Virus record (IMG/VR): IMGVR_UViG_3300045988_138690
Location: 1 to 64,000 of that record
Reading direction: 5' to 3' (one strand)
DNA length: 64,000 nucleotides
Origin: a virus
A program made the position numbers and the translations under genes. The notes under the pieces are model-generated. The model was not told the origin of the DNA. It saw only the letters and a program-made list of their open reading frames with translations, and did not search any database. This document shows, one piece after another, positions 61,437-64,000 of the stretch; the first letter of the stretch is position 1, and each line of letters opens with the position of its first letter.

Positions 61437-62251
61437 ATTGAAAACAAATTAAGGAATTTGTTCACAAAGAAAACTTGTCCTTTGCCTGTTATTTTAGTAG
61501 TCAGTGTAGTATGTAAAACCCCGTTATTTCCGGAACGCACGCCTTTTTTGATTACAAATAACCCTTGTTCGATATACTTCTGATTAGGTACATTATACCT
61601 TTCTCCATGTTTGCCTAAATATCCGTTTTCACGCATCCAAGCAAACAATTTCTTTTCACCTATATTGTATCCATTCTGCGCAATGAGCTTTGCAAGCTCT
61701 CCGATAAGGCATGAACTTTCCGCCCCTCTAAAAGCGTTTGTAAATGTTACGGCTGGTTTTGTTTCTTCAATTATGTTTTTGTTTTGTTCTTTGAGGATTT
61801 GATTTTCACAAGCTATCCTTTGCTTTTCCTCGCGTTCGCTCTTTAACTGTGTGGCAAGGCTGATAACAAGGTCTGGGTTGTTTATCATTTGTTCAAGCGT
61901 CGGCTGCGTAGCGGTCATGCCGTATTGAAGTAACTCTTTGATGCGCTTATTACACCATATAGCAAAAGCCGGGCTTAGCCAACGGGCAAACTCTAAGGCT
62001 ACATCTTCGTGCATCCATGTGCCTTGTTCATTATTTCCTCCTTTAACTACTTGAATTAGTGCCGATATGGGAATATGCATATCGGCTGAGAGTGCTTCTG
62101 CAAACTCGGTAGTAGTTTTCAGCCTAAGCCAATCACCTACCAATTTTCCGAACGGTTTAGCCATTTCGGTTGCATTCACCATTACGTTATCTCCTTTTGA
62201 AAAATGAATTATAGTTCCGTTGTAATCGAATTTAATAATTGAAGTGTTCAT
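61433..62251 (-). CDS. antirepressor, KilA-N domain plus KilAC/ANT domain
   Basis: N-terminal VMVNATEMAKPFGKLVGDWLRLKTT...GTWMHEDVALEFARWLSPAFAIWC is KilA-N. C-terminal LIGELAKLIAQNGYNIGEKKLFAWMRENGYL is KilAC. Confidence 0.8.
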   Translation of the reverse strand: MNTSIIKFDYNGTIIHFSKGDNVMVNATEMAKPFGKLVGDWLRLKTTTEFAEALSADMHIPISALIQVVKGGNNEQGTWMHEDVALEFARWLSPAFAIWCNKRIKELLQYGMTATQPTLEQMINNPDLVISLATQLKSEREEKQRIACENQILKEQNKNIIEETKPAVTFTNAFRGAESSCLIGELAKLIAQNGYNIGEKKLFAWMRENGYLGKHGERYNVPNQKYIEQGLFVIKKGVRSGNNGVLHTTLTTKITGKGQVFFVNKFLNLFSI

Positions 62252-62364
62252 AATATTTAATTTTTTAGATTTTACTCAATAGAAAAGTTTCTCTCCCTTT
62301 TTCCGGAAAGTGAGGTAGCCCGATAAAAGGCTACCCAACACGATAAGTATTTCAATCATGGCTG

Positions 62365-62997
62365 TTATTTCTTGACTATTCCCGTTCTTCTGTATTCATC
62401 CCACTTGTCATACTGCTTCGTTTCGACAAGATAGTGGAAGCATGAGCACTTGAGTTCTATTTCCCTGCGTTCGCTCCACCTTGTCCATTTGAGCATTTCT
62501 TTCGTGAACTGCAGTTCTTTTTCAAGCATTGCGATTTTCCGTTTGTCGGCTGCGCTTGACTTGGCAACCTTTGGTACAATCTCATTCACCTTGTGAAATA
62601 CTTCACGATATACATCAAATACGGGGCGAACCTTGCGGGCAATGAAGAACTCCATGCAGGGTAAGGAGAGGTAGCAATCGTATTTTACTCCGTTTACTAA
62701 GTTTTTGACTGTTACCACCTTCGCATTTTGGCAAAGGTAAAAATCAACACCTTCAATAAAACTATTTTTCAATTCTCGGAAAGCATCTCCTTTTCTTGTG
62801 TACACAAGCGGATAAACCGAATCAAGATTTACCGGAAATTCTTCTTTTGATTTTGATAATTCAAGCACCGCCATGAAGTAGCGTTTGATTTCGCTTGTGG
62901 TACTTAGTAGAGATAACGATACAGTTGTCGCACTGTTAGGCGCAAAGAGGGGCATACTATTGTTCTGCTCAACTCTGATTTCATTGTACTTTGGCAT
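62365..62997 (-). CDS. hypothetical protein, weak AntA-like N-domain
   Basis: PVNLDSVYPLVYTRKGDAFRELKNSFIEGVDFY resembles the AntA/AntB antirepressor N-domain pattern. Confidence 0.35.
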   Translation of the reverse strand: MPKYNEIRVEQNNSMPLFAPNSATTVSLSLLSTTSEIKRYFMAVLELSKSKEEFPVNLDSVYPLVYTRKGDAFRELKNSFIEGVDFYLCQNAKVVTVKNLVNGVKYDCYLSLPCMEFFIARKVRPVFDVYREVFHKVNEIVPKVAKSSAADKRKIAMLEKELQFTKEMLKWTRWSERREIELKCSCFHYLVETKQYDKWDEYRRTGIVKK

Positions 62998-63237
62998 TTG
63001 ATAAATGAAATTTGAGTTATAGATATAAAGAAAGCCGTTAGCTTCCCTTTACTCGCCAAAGTACGACTATAATAGTTTCCAATTACAGCCTATCAAGGAA
63101 GTCTAACGGCTTATATCTTTGCGATATAGCAGTCAAAACGACATAAAATATGCCGTAATCAGAATACTATACATATCATACTTTGGCGAAGTATGCCGCA
63201 AAGATACTAACTCAAATCAAAATGCCAAAGGAAAAGC

Positions 63238-63879
63238 CTATTTTTTATCAAACTTATGCAACCTGTTATACTTGTAATTCCCTATCTCGAATCTATTCTC
63301 AAAGAATATGTTGTTTATCTCGCACATCTTCATGTAATCGGCATTGGCGTATAAATCTCCTCCTGCCATTTTCGCAAAAAGAATTTCCTTGTATTCTTCA
63401 CGTGATATGTTTTCAGATGTATTATGCTCAATCTTTACATCATTGAAAGAATGTATTATTTCGTCACGCTCTCTATCGTAAGTAGCAAACCAGTTCATTA
63501 TTACAGAACCGTCAATGCGACCGTAAAACTTACCGTATGCCGAATTTTCACGTGCACGTTTAAAGCAAAGACATACATCTTCAATGCGGAAATAGTAGTA
63601 TTTTTCAAGAATAGAGTTAACGACGGAAGCGACTTGATAATCATTCATATCTTCCCTCGTTCTTCCATAAAACAAAAGTGTGCCTTCTATGAACTTGACA
63701 AGAACTGCCTTTATGCAATCAGAGTTAGCGGATTTCCATTGTGACAGCTGGATTGGCGGAGAATTAATCGCTTGTTTAATGGTTGTTATCTCGCTACTGA
63801 TGTTCTTGCAGATAGCTATCAGCTGCTTGGAAGATAGAACCGCTATTTCCTTGCTTGTTAGTGTAATTTCTGTTCCCAT
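63238..63879 (-). CDS. hypothetical protein
   Basis: ORF track 213 aa. Confidence 0.6.
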   Translation of the reverse strand: MGTEITLTSKEIAVLSSKQLIAICKNISSEITTIKQAINSPPIQLSQWKSANSDCIKAVLVKFIEGTLLFYGRTREDMNDYQVASVVNSILEKYYYFRIEDVCLCFKRARENSAYGKFYGRIDGSVIMNWFATYDRERDEIIHSFNDVKIEHNTSENISREEYKEILFAKMAGGDLYANADYMKMCEINNIFFENRFEIGNYKYNRLHKFDKK

Positions 63880-64000
63880 TATTTCTAAAGCTATTATTAC
63901 TCCAGCGCGCTAATCTCTTACTAACTTCAAATGTCTTTTCTTTCTCGAACCTCATTTTCCGTCCCCCGCATTCAGACCAGTATTCATAAAATTCAATCAG
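63794..64000 (-). CDS. partial CDS (N-terminus outside the window)
   Basis: The frame is open from the window edge: LIEFYEYWSECGGRKMRFEKEKTFEVSKRLARWSNN..., with the stop at 63794-63796. It overlaps the next gene by 86 nt. Confidence 0.4.
   Translation of the reverse strand: MIEFYEYWSECGGRKMRFEKEKTFEVSKRLARWSNNSFRNNGNRNYTNKQGNSGSIFQAADSYLQEHQ

Noticed and set aside
1-64000. Stop-codon reassignment, as seen in some gut phages
   Set aside because: TAA, TAG and TGA each terminate several well-delimited genes with tight downstream starts. The only in-frame stop noticed (30410-30412, TAA) is in a doubtful moron ORF.

Overview
The window reads as a nearly complete temperate siphovirus-type phage or prophage of a Bacteroidota host. 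Host assignment rests on TAnnTTTG -7 promoter boxes and a Bacteroides-style integrase with an N-terminal arm-binding domain. No host genes, rRNA, tRNA or CRISPR array were seen.

Modules, left to right:
- 1-5200: a lysogeny and regulatory region with two HTH genes, repeated operators and two ORF-free, helix-dense stretches.
- 5162-8709: an attP-like region plus integrase, then a second tyrosine recombinase with a two-gene cargo.
- 8893-10766 (minus strand): small early genes.
- 10893-11685: an AT-rich, origin-like region.
- 11686-14637: a D5/P4-type primase-helicase, a ParB-like nuclease-domain protein, and a gene broken into three frames.
- 14721-19289 (minus strand): packaging and head-morphogenesis genes (TerL, portal, MuF-like).
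- 19426-52977 (plus strand): the late block. It starts with a Com-like zinc finger and a strong terminator. It continues through scaffold, capsid, connectors and tail tube, then a chaperone pair with -1 frameshift geometry. A 1670-aa tape measure follows, then Dit and a 1698-aa Tal/fibre with an S74-type C-terminus. The block ends with paralogous fibre-adjacent genes flanking a retropepsin-like protease, dispersed lysis genes and an 8-gene cluster of unknown function.
- 53090-64000 (minus strand): an early block with an orphan beta-class DNA methyltransferase, a KilA-N/ANT antirepressor, a MazG-like protein, a HAD-like phosphatase and many small ORFs.

Observations most worth a second look:
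- two candidate large structured RNAs (389-997 and 3527-3980);
- a 4.4-kb AT-rich island splitting the tail module, which carries a structured RNA leader in front of a small membrane ORF;
- two operator motifs shared between distant loci;
- promoter-proximal terminators in front of late operons;
- the unexplained post-lysis gene cluster.

All calls come from reading the sequence and recognising motifs by eye. No database search, RNA folding or composition calculation was run.
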